Below are positions 38,501-50,339 of a stretch of DNA of 64,000 nucleotides, piece by piece. Each line of letters opens with the position of its first letter. Within the stretch, counting starts at the first letter, position 1. Source of the DNA: Vitrella brassicaformis CCMP3155 (Eukaryota; Protista; Chromerida); the NCBI GenBank assembly GCA_001179505.1, contig CDMY01000149.1:117416-181415 (forward strand), given 5' to 3'. The notes below the pieces were generated by a model. The model had not been told where the DNA came from. It ran no database searches and saw only the letters and a program-made list of their open reading frames with translations. The position numbers were made by a program, and so were the translations under genes.

Positions 38501-41363
38501 TGATGCTTGTTTTCCTGCACAGTTGCTGCTCGCTGCTGACACGCCTCTCGATGACCCCAGCCTCACTCCTGGGTCGTGAGGGGACGTCATCATCGCGCCT
38601 CCTCTGCCTGCGGTGGAACTCAGACCGCGGCGACTGCGGCACCGATCGCACCACAGAGTCTCGGCTTGACGCCGAGTCGGGCGATCCCAGGCCTGGACGG
38701 TTGCGACGCCCGTTGGGCGGCGACACGTCGCTCTCGAGGGTGTCGAAGTCCTCTACCATCAGGAACTGCGAGGATGGGCGGCCTCGGGCGCGCTGCGTGG
38801 GGGTGTTCTGGTGGATGAAAGGGGGAAAGAACCGACAGACAGACGGACAGACAGACAGACATGGTGCCCGTCCAAGAGAGGAAGGCGTCTTGTTCTACCT
38901 TGTCTTCGTTGATTGGGATGACCAGGTTGTTTCGGCGCCACTCCTCCTCAAGCTTGGCGAGATAATCTGACGGATGCGTGGATGGATGTAGGTCTCTCTA
39001 CCTGTCGTTGCCGGTGTCTGTCTGCGGACCCACCTGCTTGGATCTTGACCTTGGCGGTTGTGCCCAGGATGGCCTCAGGGGCAAGCAACCTGACCAACAG
39101 AGAGAGAGAGAGGGGCACAATATTGCCAGTCTGTTGCCTGTCCAGGTATGCGATGTGTGTTACTTACTTATCGTCGGAGTTGCCCATCTCGTAGACGTTT
39201 TGGCGGGCGAACTTGAGCAGGCGCACGCACTCGACGTCACGCGCATTCATGAGCCGATTCCTGGTTGGCAAACACACAGAGACAGGCATGCACATGAGCA
39301 AGCATGCTCTCCTGCCTCCGTCTGTCTGTTCTGTCTGCTTTGCTTGTGGGTGTTGTGTGTCTGCCCACCTGAGCAGCTTGAGGATGGCGAGGCCGATGTG
39401 GTGCATTGACTCGAGGCCCTCGCTCAGCATCCAGTCCCACAGACGACCCACACACTCAAACGGGAAGCTGACATGAAACACAACACACCACACCACGACA
39501 CGACTGATGTCTGTGCGGTTGTGTGGTATCTTTCTGTCAGGCAGTTTACAGACCTGTATAGGAAGAGTGAGATGAACCACTGCATTGCGTAGACCTCGAC
39601 GTGGGCGTCGTTGTCCTCGAGGTGGCGTGCCAGGATGGGCAGCTTCTGCCTCACAAGCGCGTCGAACTGATGCATGAACAGCTTGATCCCGTACAAACCC
39701 TCCTCAAAGAAACGGGACGCACTGCATGGCACGCATCCACAAGGACAGTGCACAAATGCTGTTTGTGGTGGTGTGCTGTGCTGTGTGGTGTGTTTCGTCA
39801 CCCACCCATAGGTCTCTGCGTCCATGATCCTCACGAAGACCCAGAAGGCCTCCTCCTCGGCTTTCCTCTCCAACTCCCGCAGCCCCTCCTTAGTCATCTG
39901 ACCACCGCCCATCGGACCTCGACACGACGGACCCCTCTCGCCAGCGCCACCACCACCCCCGCCAACCCACGCATTGCTCGGCGGCGAGCCGCCCTGCCGG
40001 CTGCTGCCGCCCATGCCGACGGAGGAGAAGAGGCTGTTGGGGGAGTTGGTTGTGCCGCCCTGCGGCGCCTGCCCGTGGGAGGGCGGGGAGGTGAGGTCGG
40101 GGACTGAGGGGTGTGTGGAGGTGCGTGTGGCTGTGGACGGTGAGAGGGCTGCGTCAAGCTTGTGGGTGTGGGCCATCAGCAACAGGTACCCTGCGATGAA
40201 ATTCATGCCCTGCACGTACCTGATGATAAGACACACACAGAAGAAAGAAAGACGCGCACACACACGGGGATCACGTCACACGAAACCATGAAAAAAGGTC
40301 TCACTCACGGCAGCTCGCTCACCCAATGCCTGGGTTGTGGTTGGCGTATGCCACCAGCAGCCGACGCAGAGCCGCCTGCCCAGCCGGGTCCCTGACAAGG
40401 CAGGGAGCAATTGCACAGGGATAGCTGTGACCGCTGCACAAGGGGAGGGCATCTGTCAACTTATGTGCGCATGTATTTTACTTGAAGAAGAGGCTGCCTT
40501 CTCCCTCTGGGAAGGTTCTCTTGAGGTCCAGCTGGATCTTGGGGTCGTTCTCGGGGTTGGCGCGACTCGCTGCGGCCATTCATCGTGACATCAAACCATC
40601 CACGCCTCCCTTTGTGCCCTCTGTCTGTCTGTCCGACTTACCCAGTTCCTCGTATTTGCCGACCTTATACGAATCCCCGTACCCCACTGCCGCCTTCCAC
40701 GACAGCCACCTGCACCCACACATCCAGGAAAGGAATGAAATCACACGCACACGGCCGCACCGTAACGGCCGTAAGAGGCTTGCCTTGCCTTGAAGGCTGT
40801 GTCCGCCACTCACTCCCTGACTCACCTGAAGCGTGCTGGCGGGCCCTTCCTCAGTCGCTTCCGAAAGTTGTCCGGGTGGTCAGCAAAGTACTCAGCAAAC
40901 TCGCCGTCTTGCAGCATGCTGCCACACAGAGAGAAAGAGTAAGTGACATCTCTAACCCTTGCTACATCCATGCCCTTCCTCTGTTTGCTCACTTGAACCA
41001 TCGCCTGAGCAGCTTCCTGTGTGTCTTCTCCTCAGGCCTGAGTGACTCGAGGAACTCCCTCTCGCTGGGCTGGTACAGGAAAGGCCGCGGCTTGGGCGCC
41101 GTCACGGCCAGCGGGCCGCCCTGCGTCGGCGTATCAGAGGGCGTGTGCAGGCCGTGCGGGGACCCTCCCACGTGCACCGGACGGCTCACTGCCGAGGCAC
41201 GCCTGCAAGGAACGAAAGCAACAAGAGAGGACAACACCAAACGCCTGCAAGGCTACCGAGTGGACTCGTTGTTTGCTGTGTGTGAGAGGTGGTACCCGAG
41301 TGGAGGGGAACCGTCCCTCGTCGGCTCGTGTGCCCTGGCCGCAGACGAACAGTTGCAGCCCAT
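35578..41363 (-). CDS. TBC-domain RabGAP with an MGCNCSS N-terminus and a long low-complexity C-terminal tail
   Basis: KRLRKGPPARFR, IQLDLKRTFP (Arg finger), LRRLLVAYANHNPGIG|YVQGMNFIAGYLL (Gln finger), EAFWVFVRIM, YAMQWFISLF, RLWDWMLSEG..HIGLAILK. Continuity of the tail exons (35578-39000) with the TBC exons is likely but was not checked at every junction. Confidence 0.8.
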
Positions 41364-41576
41364 TCAGCCCTCCGCCTTCTTCCTGACGATGCCTGGTGAA
41401 CTATCAGGCCCACAGGCAGCCCGACAGCCAAGGCCTTGGGCCACAGAGCTTAGTTGCCTTTTCGAACTGACGGCTGAGAGGCCGGACGCTTCAATAAGAG
41501 CTTGTGTGAGCTTTCCTGAGCCTCATCGCCACTTGAGTCGATTCGAGTTAGAGCAAAAGTTACACGTCGCACAACA

Positions 41577-41583
41577 AGCTCGC
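41577..41583 (+). promoter_or_regulatory. AGCTCGC candidate element
   Basis: About 215 nt upstream of the TBC gene ATG. Confidence 0.3.
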
Positions 41584-42059
41584 TGTCACCCCATGCTGAA
41601 TTCACTGCCCACTGGCATGGGCGACTCCTATCCCATCTTGTCCTTAATGTGCGTCTCCACCTTCATGAATCACCCGCCCATTTGCTCATGCTTTGTCTGC
41701 ATCTCCCTTGAAGCAGACAAGAGACACGTGGGGACATGCTGACAGCATCTCGGATTGGGAAGACCGATTGTGGTCGACACAGACGCCATTCCCAATCCGA
41801 GATGAGTACATCGACAACAGACTGTCTTGGGCAAAGCAAAATTTAAATAGGTGGCTGAGCGAGAGAGGGTGGCTGCAATTCATTCATGAGTGAATGTGGA
41901 GGAATGGCCTTTCGGAATTGCTCGACACGCACATGCAAGCGTCTCTCCTGACTGCATGTACATGCATGACTGACTGCACACACTGACGAATGGACACTGC
42001 AGCTCATATGTAAAGCCAACGAGTCAATGAATCAGTCATCAATCAAAAGATCAAACGGC

Positions 42060-44370
42060 ACTCGCAAACACACACAGACAGACATCAGCAGACAGACACC
42101 TTATGGACTTGTGTGTGTGTGTGTGTGTGTGTTAGCTTATCTGTGCGTGATTGAGTGAGTGGGTGTTTGTCTTCAGACGCCAAACCAACGCCACCTTGTT
42201 GACACATGGGTGCATTGTTCCTGTGGGCTCTGCAGCCACCTGACGGGTCCAAGCACAGACACACACACACACACACAGACATACATACATACACACCAGA
42301 TCGATCACGTCTCTCTCTCTGTCGCTGACTCTCTGTTTGACTGACGGTGCTGCGGGAGCTGTGGGAGTCGTTGAGGCGCTCGTGGTGGACGACGTGAGCT
42401 CGGCCGTGGCTTGGTAGACGGCGGTCAGGATATAAGATGTAGGCAGCAGTCAGAGACATAACCAGTCAGAGACATAAGGGTGTGGAGCGGCGGATGAGTG
42501 GTCCTTCTGCACACACACACACACCCTTAGTTTGTGATGATGAGCCATTGTGTCTGTCTCTGAGCCAAACCTCTTTTCTTTGTTTCTGCAGTTGGTCTGG
42601 TGGTGCATGTCCTGCTCGGCTTCGGCCAGTCGGTTCGGCGACATGGGGAAGTAGTCCAGGACGACCTTCTCCATCTCCACCGGCGTGTACGTCTTGTGTC
42701 TCCACCATCGCGAGGAGCTGAATGCAAGACACAAAAGAACAGACACAAAGAGACAGACAGACATGAGAACGAGGGACAGTGGGAGCCTTTCTTGTCGCCT
42801 GTCAACTGCTCACCAGCGCGAGCCCAGCAGTGACAAAGTTGTGCTGTTGGCCGTCAGCACTGGGCCTCCCACATGTCTGCCGAAGGAGGACACTCGCAAA
42901 CACAGACAGACAGACAGCACATGGACTTGTGTGTGAGTGTGTGTGTGTGTGTGTGTCAGCTTATCTGTGTGTGATGGAGTGAGTGGGCATTTGTCTCCAG
43001 ACGCTCGCCAGAGTTTGCCGGTCGATTGCTGGTTATACAGGCACACATAGGGAGAGACGACATGCAGTTGTTCTGTTTGTCTGTCTGTCTGTCTGTCTGA
43101 CAGTTGCTCAAACACGACAGTTGCAGTGGATGCACCGGGAGTATTGAGTGGAGGCAGCGATGTTGGAGTGAGGCTTGACTGACCAACGAGGTTGGCTCTG
43201 CAGCCATCACAAACACACACACACACACACACACATGAGTGTCTGCCTGTCTCTCTCTTTGTTTGTCTCGGTGTTTGACTGACGGTGCTGAGTGAGTCGT
43301 CGAGGAGCTCGTGGACGGACGTCAGCTCGGCCGCTTGAGAAGGTGACGGTCGGGATATAACATGAAGGCAGCGATTGTCGTGCTCGGTCTTGGACCCGCT
43401 CGCCGGTCTGTTGGTTTTGTCGTGGTCGTTCTTGGACCCGTTCTGCCGGACTGGGTGTGTTCTCCTGTCTCTGAAGCAAACACACATTTGGCACATGCAC
43501 GAGTGCGTGTGTGTTCTTTGCTTCTCCTTGTTGTCCCTCCGCCGAAGAGCTTGGCGTTGTCTTCGAGGACTCCGTCTGTGGCTGCACAAAACTCACAGAA
43601 ATCGTAATGTCGATATGTATCTGTGGAGTATTTGCTCCCTCTTTTGCGTCTTCGGTGTCGGTCTCCGAGGTCCGTGTCGACGAGTCCTGCTGCTGCTGCG
43701 CATGTACAGACACAGGGATATTGATATGTACGTGTCTGTCTTTGGGCTTAGCTCTGTGTGTTTCCCCTTTGGAGGTCCCTGTGACGAAGGGCGTCTCCCC
43801 GTGGTCCTGCATACTTACATCAAGCCACACAGGAACAGTGATTTGTATGTGTTGTTCCTTCCGTGTGCTGTGGGTCCGCGTGTGTGGCGACGTCTCCTCC
43901 CCGTCGGTGAGGGCGTCTCACTCCGAACCGGCAACGGGCCCTGCTGCGCACCTACTACTTTGACCGACACAGGAGGAATGCTTATGTGTGTTAGTTGTGT
44001 CGTCTCTTTCGTGTGTGTTGTGTGTGGCTTCCTGTAATCTTGTGCGCCTGGCGCCGCTGCCATGTTGTCGTTGTCGTGGTCGGTCTTGGACTCGCTCGCC
44101 GCTGCCGTCAGCCACAGGATGCCGAGGAGGTAGAGGGCGGTCTTCATCGTGCTGCGCTTCGTTGCTGTCTGCATTGGTGCTCTCGTTGTACGCTGTTTCG
44201 TTGTGCTTGGCAACTCGAAAACAGCGCGAGAACAAGATCTGCCTGCACACAACACACAACACAGCATGCCAGCAGACACACAGACTGCTTGTCTCTCTGT
44301 TTGACTGCTTGTCTCTCTGTTTGTCTCTCTGTTTGACTGACGGTGCTGAAGCACAGAGTGTGTCTCTTCT
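42060..44370 (-). repeat. Degenerate tandem segmental duplications
   Basis: TGTTTGACTGACGGTGCTG occurs at ~42333, ~43272 and ~44330. Blocks ~42060-42445 and ~42893-43365 share several motifs. GTCCAAGA(C/A)CGA(C/G)CACGACAA occurs three times (~43380, ~43420, ~44075). Confidence 0.75.
43207..44147 (-). pseudogene. Secreted repeat protein ORF interrupted by an apparent one-base frameshift (pseudogene or assembly error)
   Basis: ATG 44147 MKTALYLLGILWLTAAA-SES. Adding one G to the G4 run near 43905 links PSPT to GEETSPH and an open frame of more than 200 codons with about five HIxIxIPVxV-like repeats. Confidence 0.4.
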
Positions 44371-45029
44371 TGGTGGATGAGGGGCGAGGGAGGGGCGAGG
44401 GATGGAGGGAGGGAGGGAGTGGGTGATTTAATCGGTCGATCGTGTGCCTGTGATTGGTAAAGCATTCGCGATCGGTCGATCCCATGCACACGTGCGTACA
44501 GAACCAACATACAGACATATATTGTAACACATCCAGCTGGTCATTCGTGTGCGACGGAATTTGATTGTGTGCCTCCCTGCGGAGAAATGAATGTCAGACG
44601 GCCTCGCTGCTTGTTTGACGGAATCGAACTCAAAGACGCTTCACATGCCTCCGTGCCAGCGTGTTGTGGACACGCACAGACAGCACATCTGTGTGTGGCC
44701 GTTAGACAAGCTTGCCGAATGAGTGATGGCGTGACCATGGACTCTCTCGCCTTATGGTCAATTCACTCATTCTCGCGTTTCGTCATCCGGCTGCCCACGC
44801 ACACGTGCTCACATGCTCTCATCATGTCGCACATGAGCGTGCACAGCGTCGCGACAAAGCGACGAGACGCGAACCCGACAAACGCTTGGTTACAACTACA
44901 CTGCTGTCTGTTTCGGTCAGCATGCCCTCCTTCCATGCCATCAGCAAAGGCATAGGGGTCACACCCCACACCACACACCCCTCTGCACTGCACACACGAA
45001 GCACCCACCCACCCTTGTTGTGCTGCAGG

Positions 45030-46150
45030 CTACTCGATAGACTCGACAAAGTCCCTTCTGTCGGGTGCGATCCAGTTGCCGAGGTAGAAGGGGTTCCACA
45101 TCACGCCGAAGAAGAATATCAGCCCGAATGACATGTAGAGGGGAGAGTGGTTGACGCGGTACGAGCTCTCCCCGTGGCGCTTGTTGGGCAGAATTTCCTT
45201 GCCGCGGACCAGGGTGTGAGTCCACTTCCACGCAGTCCCGGTCTTCACCTCCTGGCCACGCTCTGTCCAAACCAACCAAGCCCAGCGCGCCATGGCTTGT
45301 TCGTTCCAGAGCGGGTGGGTATCCTACCTCCGCCGTAGAATTCAGGGTCGACTGTGGACACGCGGAGCATCATGCTGGGCAGCTTCTTGATGCGCGCCTT
45401 GTCCGCACTCTCCTCGCGGCTCTTAGGCACCGGGAAGGCGCCCCCCTTGATGCCAAAGATCTGATGGATGGACGCAAGGGACAAACAAAGCATGGCGGGC
45501 AGGGTGGGGGTGAATGAATGAATGAATGACTGGATGGATGGATGGATGGATGCCGCAGAGACCCCACCGACCCCACCGACAGACTGACCGATAGTGGCAT
45601 GGCTTTGACGTGGAAGGGGACCTTGCTCTCCTCATGCTTGCCGGGCTTGACCTCACTCGTAAACTCGGTCGGATTCTGACGCGCAGCCAAACCACACAAC
45701 ACGGAGATGGATGACAGATGAGGGCCCCTCATTCATCATGGACCTGGGGCCACTTACTTTGAACTTTATGATGTTGTAGTAGGCCTGAGCCTGGAACTCC
45801 TTTGCCAGGAGCTTGAAGAACATATCACGCCCCTCGCTGTAAGGGTGCAACATCTGGCGATACTGATCTGACACACACACCGACACACACCGACACACAC
45901 ACACACACAGATGGTGACTCCTCCAATTTCTCCTCGCGTGTTGTGTGTGCCTTGTCTGTCGCTTGTCGGTTGGCTGGGCTGCACTTACTGACGGCCATTT
46001 GTTTGATGTTGTATGTGATGTCGACGAGGTGCTTGTCGCCGAACTCGGGCCACCTGTCGTCCGTCACCAGCAGCACCGTCCGCACACCATCACACTCAGC
46101 CGCACTCTTGGCACCCTCCACCGCCCGCGGCCCAGCCACCAACACATCAA

Positions 46151-46191
<41 letters not shown>

Positions 46192-46570
46192 GCGCCCTTT
46201 GCACGATAGAAGAAGATCTATGTGCGCTGGCCGTGAGTGGCCGTGAGTGCAGTGCTTTGGTTGGCTTACGTACCACTTCGCCCATTTGCTGTGCGGCCGC
46301 GATGCACTCCCTGGTACCCTGTGTGAGGTCGCCATTCTTGACGTCGGCAATCACCAACGACGAGATGAAACGGCGCCGGCCGAAGGCAATGAAGGGTGCA
46401 ACAGGCTGCAAACCAAACCACATCCGGCGCAACACACAAGCACAAGCAGAGCTGCAGATCTGCTGTGTGCCTATGGACGCTTGTTCCCTGCTCACCGGTG
46501 GCAGTGCTGCCGATGAGAGGGCAGCCGTGCTTCGGGCCAGGCTCCTTCCAAGCCCCACCAAGGCCGCCAT
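45030..46570 (-). CDS. Mitochondrial ETF-alpha domain-I-like protein lacking the FAD domain, with a C-terminal transmembrane segment
   Basis: Presequence ..FGRRRF, then ISSLVIADVKNGDL..ECIAAAQQMGEV|FDVLVAG..AAECDGVRTVLLV..|QYRQML..LLAKEFQAQAYYNIIKFK|NPTEF..|IFGIKGGAF..|..LYMSFGLIFFFGVMWNPFY..SIE*. All junctions in phase. Confidence 0.7.
46154..46188 (+). repeat. (CA)n intronic microsatellite; representative of dozens of (CA/GT)n, (GACA/CTGT)n and (GGAT/ATCC)n tracts in introns
   Basis: Seen directly, immediately before the minus-strand acceptor (..GTGTGTGCAG). Confidence 0.9.
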
Positions 46571-46672
46571 TCTTGCTCCACGGCCTCAAAAAACAGAAAG
46601 GTCAGGTCGAGAGCAAGCAAGGAAGCCGGCGCTGACAGGCAGACACGCTCTCGTCCTCCGAAGCATTTTTGA

Positions 46673-46696
46673 AGCTCGCATTGGCTTCAAGCTCGC
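46673..46696 (+). promoter_or_regulatory. Two direct AAGCTCGC copies
   Basis: At 46673 and 46690, between the divergent ETFA-like and TBCCD1 genes. Confidence 0.4.
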
Positions 46697-46866
46697 GTTT
46701 TCCGTCAAGAGCGGAGAAGGAGGGAAGCAGAAACGTCCGGAACCATTGAGCGAGCGAGCATCGCCAGCCCTCGCGGCTTCAAGTTGGTTTTCGGCGTCGA
46801 GTCGACTGGCGTTCCCCTGAGAGTGAGACCTGGCGCACGTCGGGCGGTTATAATAACTCATCTGCC

Positions 46867-49800
46867 ATGAGCATGGTGGACAGCCTCCGCATCTGGGTGC
46901 GAGGCGAAGTGTTTGACCACGGCCTGCTGCACACGCCCTCCCGCGCGTCCGCCAGCTGGACATCCGCACAGATATTCGACTTCCTCGGCAAGCTCAGCCT
47001 CACCAGCCCCTCCACCTCAACATGCGTCACGCGCCAGCAGTGGATCCAATTCATCAGGGACCGCTCCACCGGGCCCCTCCCTCTCTCCGATCAGGAGGCA
47101 CTCGCATACTGGGGCGTCTTCAGCGCCCTCACCGACACCATCATGCCCATGGCGAGCGGCGGCGGCACCGGCGGCGAGTCGGTGTCGAGCTTCAGCCCCG
47201 CCACGTCGTCGAGCCACAAGCGGAGCGATGTGGCCAACGCCACGCCGCTGAGCGAGGCGGGCATGGCCCCGTCCAGCCCGTCGGGCATGTCTGGGAGCGG
47301 CATCGGGATCCCCACCGACTGCTCCGCGCCCTTCATCGACATCCGCGTGCTAGGCGTGCTGCTGTACCTCCAGACCTACACGCCCAGCCGGTACCGCGCT
47401 TTCAACCTCAAAAGCGAGATCGACTGGCCCGACAAGGACAGGGTGTCCAGGTCGATGGACAGCCTCACGGCGCCCGGGTCGCAGGGGCAACACCCCCTCA
47501 ACTCGCCAAGGTCAAGCGCATCGTCACCCAGGTAGGTGTGTTTGGGTCTGGCCAGGCTGGGGAGGGGGAGTCAAGGAGGGAGGAGTGCTCTGATATATGT
47601 GTGTGTGTGTGTGTGTATGTGTGTGCATTGCGGCGTGAATGCAGGGCTCAGATAACGACCAAGACGTACAGGCGCGACAACAACCACATAGTCGACTTCG
47701 TCAGGAACAACACCGAGGTCAGCAGACAGGCACCCAGCATGACCCTGTCCTCTTGTCCAGCAGTTTGTCGTCTGCCTGTCGATCGGTCGGCCTGTCGGTG
47801 TGTGTGCAGCCGCTTCTACAGCTGGTGAGCAGGTGCTACGGGAAGGATCAGGCGCTGGACGAAATCGCGTGCGACGACCTGAACCAACTCGCCATCCTCA
47901 TCGCCACGTACTTGCACACGACAATCAGACCTTTGTGCCATCCATCCATCCATCCATGTGTGTGTGTGTCATTACAAAACATATATATCAGTGGTGAGCG
48001 GCCGCTGGGGAGTGCTTTGCTCGAGGGGCAGGGGGGCGGCAGCAGCCCCACGGATGCCCTCCCCATACAACACATCAAGGTGTGCATGTCAGGGGGTATC
48101 CGTGTGTGTGGGTGTGAAAGCCACCAATCCCACCTCTCTGTCTGTCTGTCTGTCTGTCTGTCTGTGTGTGTGTGTGTGACGCAGAAGCTGATTCGCGAGC
48201 GTCTGGTGTGGAATTGGGAGGAGTACCCGAGCCTCACCGGACCTGACAAGGCCACCTCACTCTCCTCTTCCTCGCTCGCCAAGGTCGGTGCGTCGGTGGA
48301 TGTGGGGGCGGGGATGACGTGTGTTTATGGTGTGCGGCACTCATGGTTGTGCGGTCAGGCCATCAGGGCGGGGGGGTCGATGATCGTTGGGGTGAGCAAG
48401 GCGTGCATCATCCGAGAACAGGTGGGTGAGTGACACAGATAGATGAGGGGAGGGAGGGAGGCATGGGAAGGGAAGGGAAGGGAAGGAAAGACACGGATGC
48501 CTCGTCTCATGCAGAGCGAGCTGAACGGTGCGGATTCGGTGCACATCTTCCAGTGCACCGACTGCACCATCTACATCACAGCAAGGTAGGCAGGCAGGCA
48601 CCTGTCTGGGTGGACCATCCATCCATCCATCAGATGGCTGATTCTTGCGTGTGTGGCGTGTGCTGTCTGTCGTGGTGTGTGCAGGGTGCGGTTCGTGTAT
48701 GTGGGGTCGTGCGAGGGCTGCCAGCTGGTGCTGTGTGCGGTGTCGTCGCTGTGCTCCATCAACAACTCGGAGCGCCTGCAGGTCCACACCATCGCCAAGG
48801 CCATCAAGTCAGTCAGTCCGGCCTGCGTGCCACTCGCCCCTCCATCTGCCTGTCTTTGTCGCGTGTGGATGTTTGCAGGCTAGAGAACGTGACTGACACG
48901 ACTCTCTACTGCTACTGCCGGCTGCGGCCCATCCTTACTGGCGACACACGAGCCATCGAACTAGCACCCAGCAACAGTGAGCACACCCCTCGCCCACAGA
49001 CACCTGCACCCACACCCACATCCTTCATCCTTCATCCCTCCCTCCCTCCCTGCTGTCTTCCAGTTGTGTACAGCCGTCTCGACACCCTCCTTGAGGGCTC
49101 CACGCTGCGGTACGACGAGGAGTGCGTCGACCTCTTCGCCCACCCCATCTGCTGCGCCCCCAACCTCGCCAACACACACGCTTCCCTCAACCAACCACAG
49201 CTGTCGCGCACTCTCCATGCCCATGCACTGCGCGCCGGGCTGCATGGCCATGGTGCGGGTAGCGGGGGCGGCCCAGAGCCCACGAGCCCCGACGCGCTGA
49301 GCCAGACATTCCCCCCGCGACTGCTGGGGGATCTGGGGCGGTCGGCGTCGGTTGTGGATGGGGATGAGGACGCCGGGCTGACCTATCGGCTGGTGCACCC
49401 TGACAAGTTCCAGGTATGCATGGCGGGTGAGTGAGTGGATCGGTGGGTCGGGGGGTGGGCTGGTTCATGGTACTGTGTTTGCGGGTGCGGTTCCTGTCTG
49501 TGTGTCATGCTGCAGGCTCTGGTGGTGCCTGATCGTCGGTGCAGCCCCGGTCGCCGGCCAGCGTCGCAGCCCCAATCCCCCACACACGTCCCACCCACAG
49601 CAGCAGCAGCAGCAGCATCACCACCAGCTGCAGCAGCAGCAGCAGCAGCAGGAGCACCCACCAGCTCAGCCCTCCCCCGGTCGCCTACGCCCACATCCGG
49701 CACCGCCAGCAGCAGCAGCAAGGAGAGGGAGAGGGACGAGGGGGGCCCGGGCGGTGGAGGTGGTATTGGTGTGGGTGTGTCGTCGAGGCAGCGGCTGGTG

Positions 49801-50339
49801 CTGCCGGAGGTGTATGCCGCGGCCCTGCAGCAGAGGATAGAGACGGTAAGTGGCATGGCTGGTGCTTTAAATAGTGCGCCGATCGACGGCCTTGTGTGTG
49901 TGTGTGTGTGTGTGTGTGGACGTGTGCAGGTGAAGGAGCTGCAGGAGTCTATCGGCCAGCTGCCCGAGGGGCCGCGGCAAGCCCTGAACAAATACATACA
50001 GGGACACTTCAGGTAAGCAAGCGGAGCCAAGTCGACCACACACACACACCCAGACAGACAAACAGGCAGACAGACAGACAGCCAGTACCTTGCTGTCCAT
50101 GTGTGTGCAGGGATTGGCTGCAGAAGACAGGTCGTCAGAAGCACATCATGGATCTGATGAAGATGGTGGACAGCGACGCGTCAGGGCGGCAGGCCGGCGT
50201 GTCCCCACAGAGCAGCGGCTCCATCAACCCTCCCCCCCTCTCCCTCACACCCCCGCCCCTCTCGTCAGCAAACGGGTCCGCATCGCCGCCCCAGCCTCTC
50301 AGCGACGATGGCAGCCCTCTGGCCGTCAGGCGATTATAG
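46867..50339 (+). CDS. TBCCD1: TBCC domain-containing protein 1 (centrosome/basal body)
   Basis: N-terminal LRIWVRGEVFDHGLL. C-CAP/cofactor-C beta-helix SVHIFQCTDCTIYI..VYVGSCEGCQLV..LENVTDTTLYCYCRLRPILTGDTRAIELAP. C-terminal IQGHFR|DWLQKTGRQKHIMDL. Confidence 0.85.

Noticed and set aside
43890-43920. Programmed -1 ribosomal frameshift in the repeat ORF
   Set aside because: No XXXYYYZ slippery heptamer or obvious stimulatory structure. A homopolymer error or pseudogenisation is simpler.
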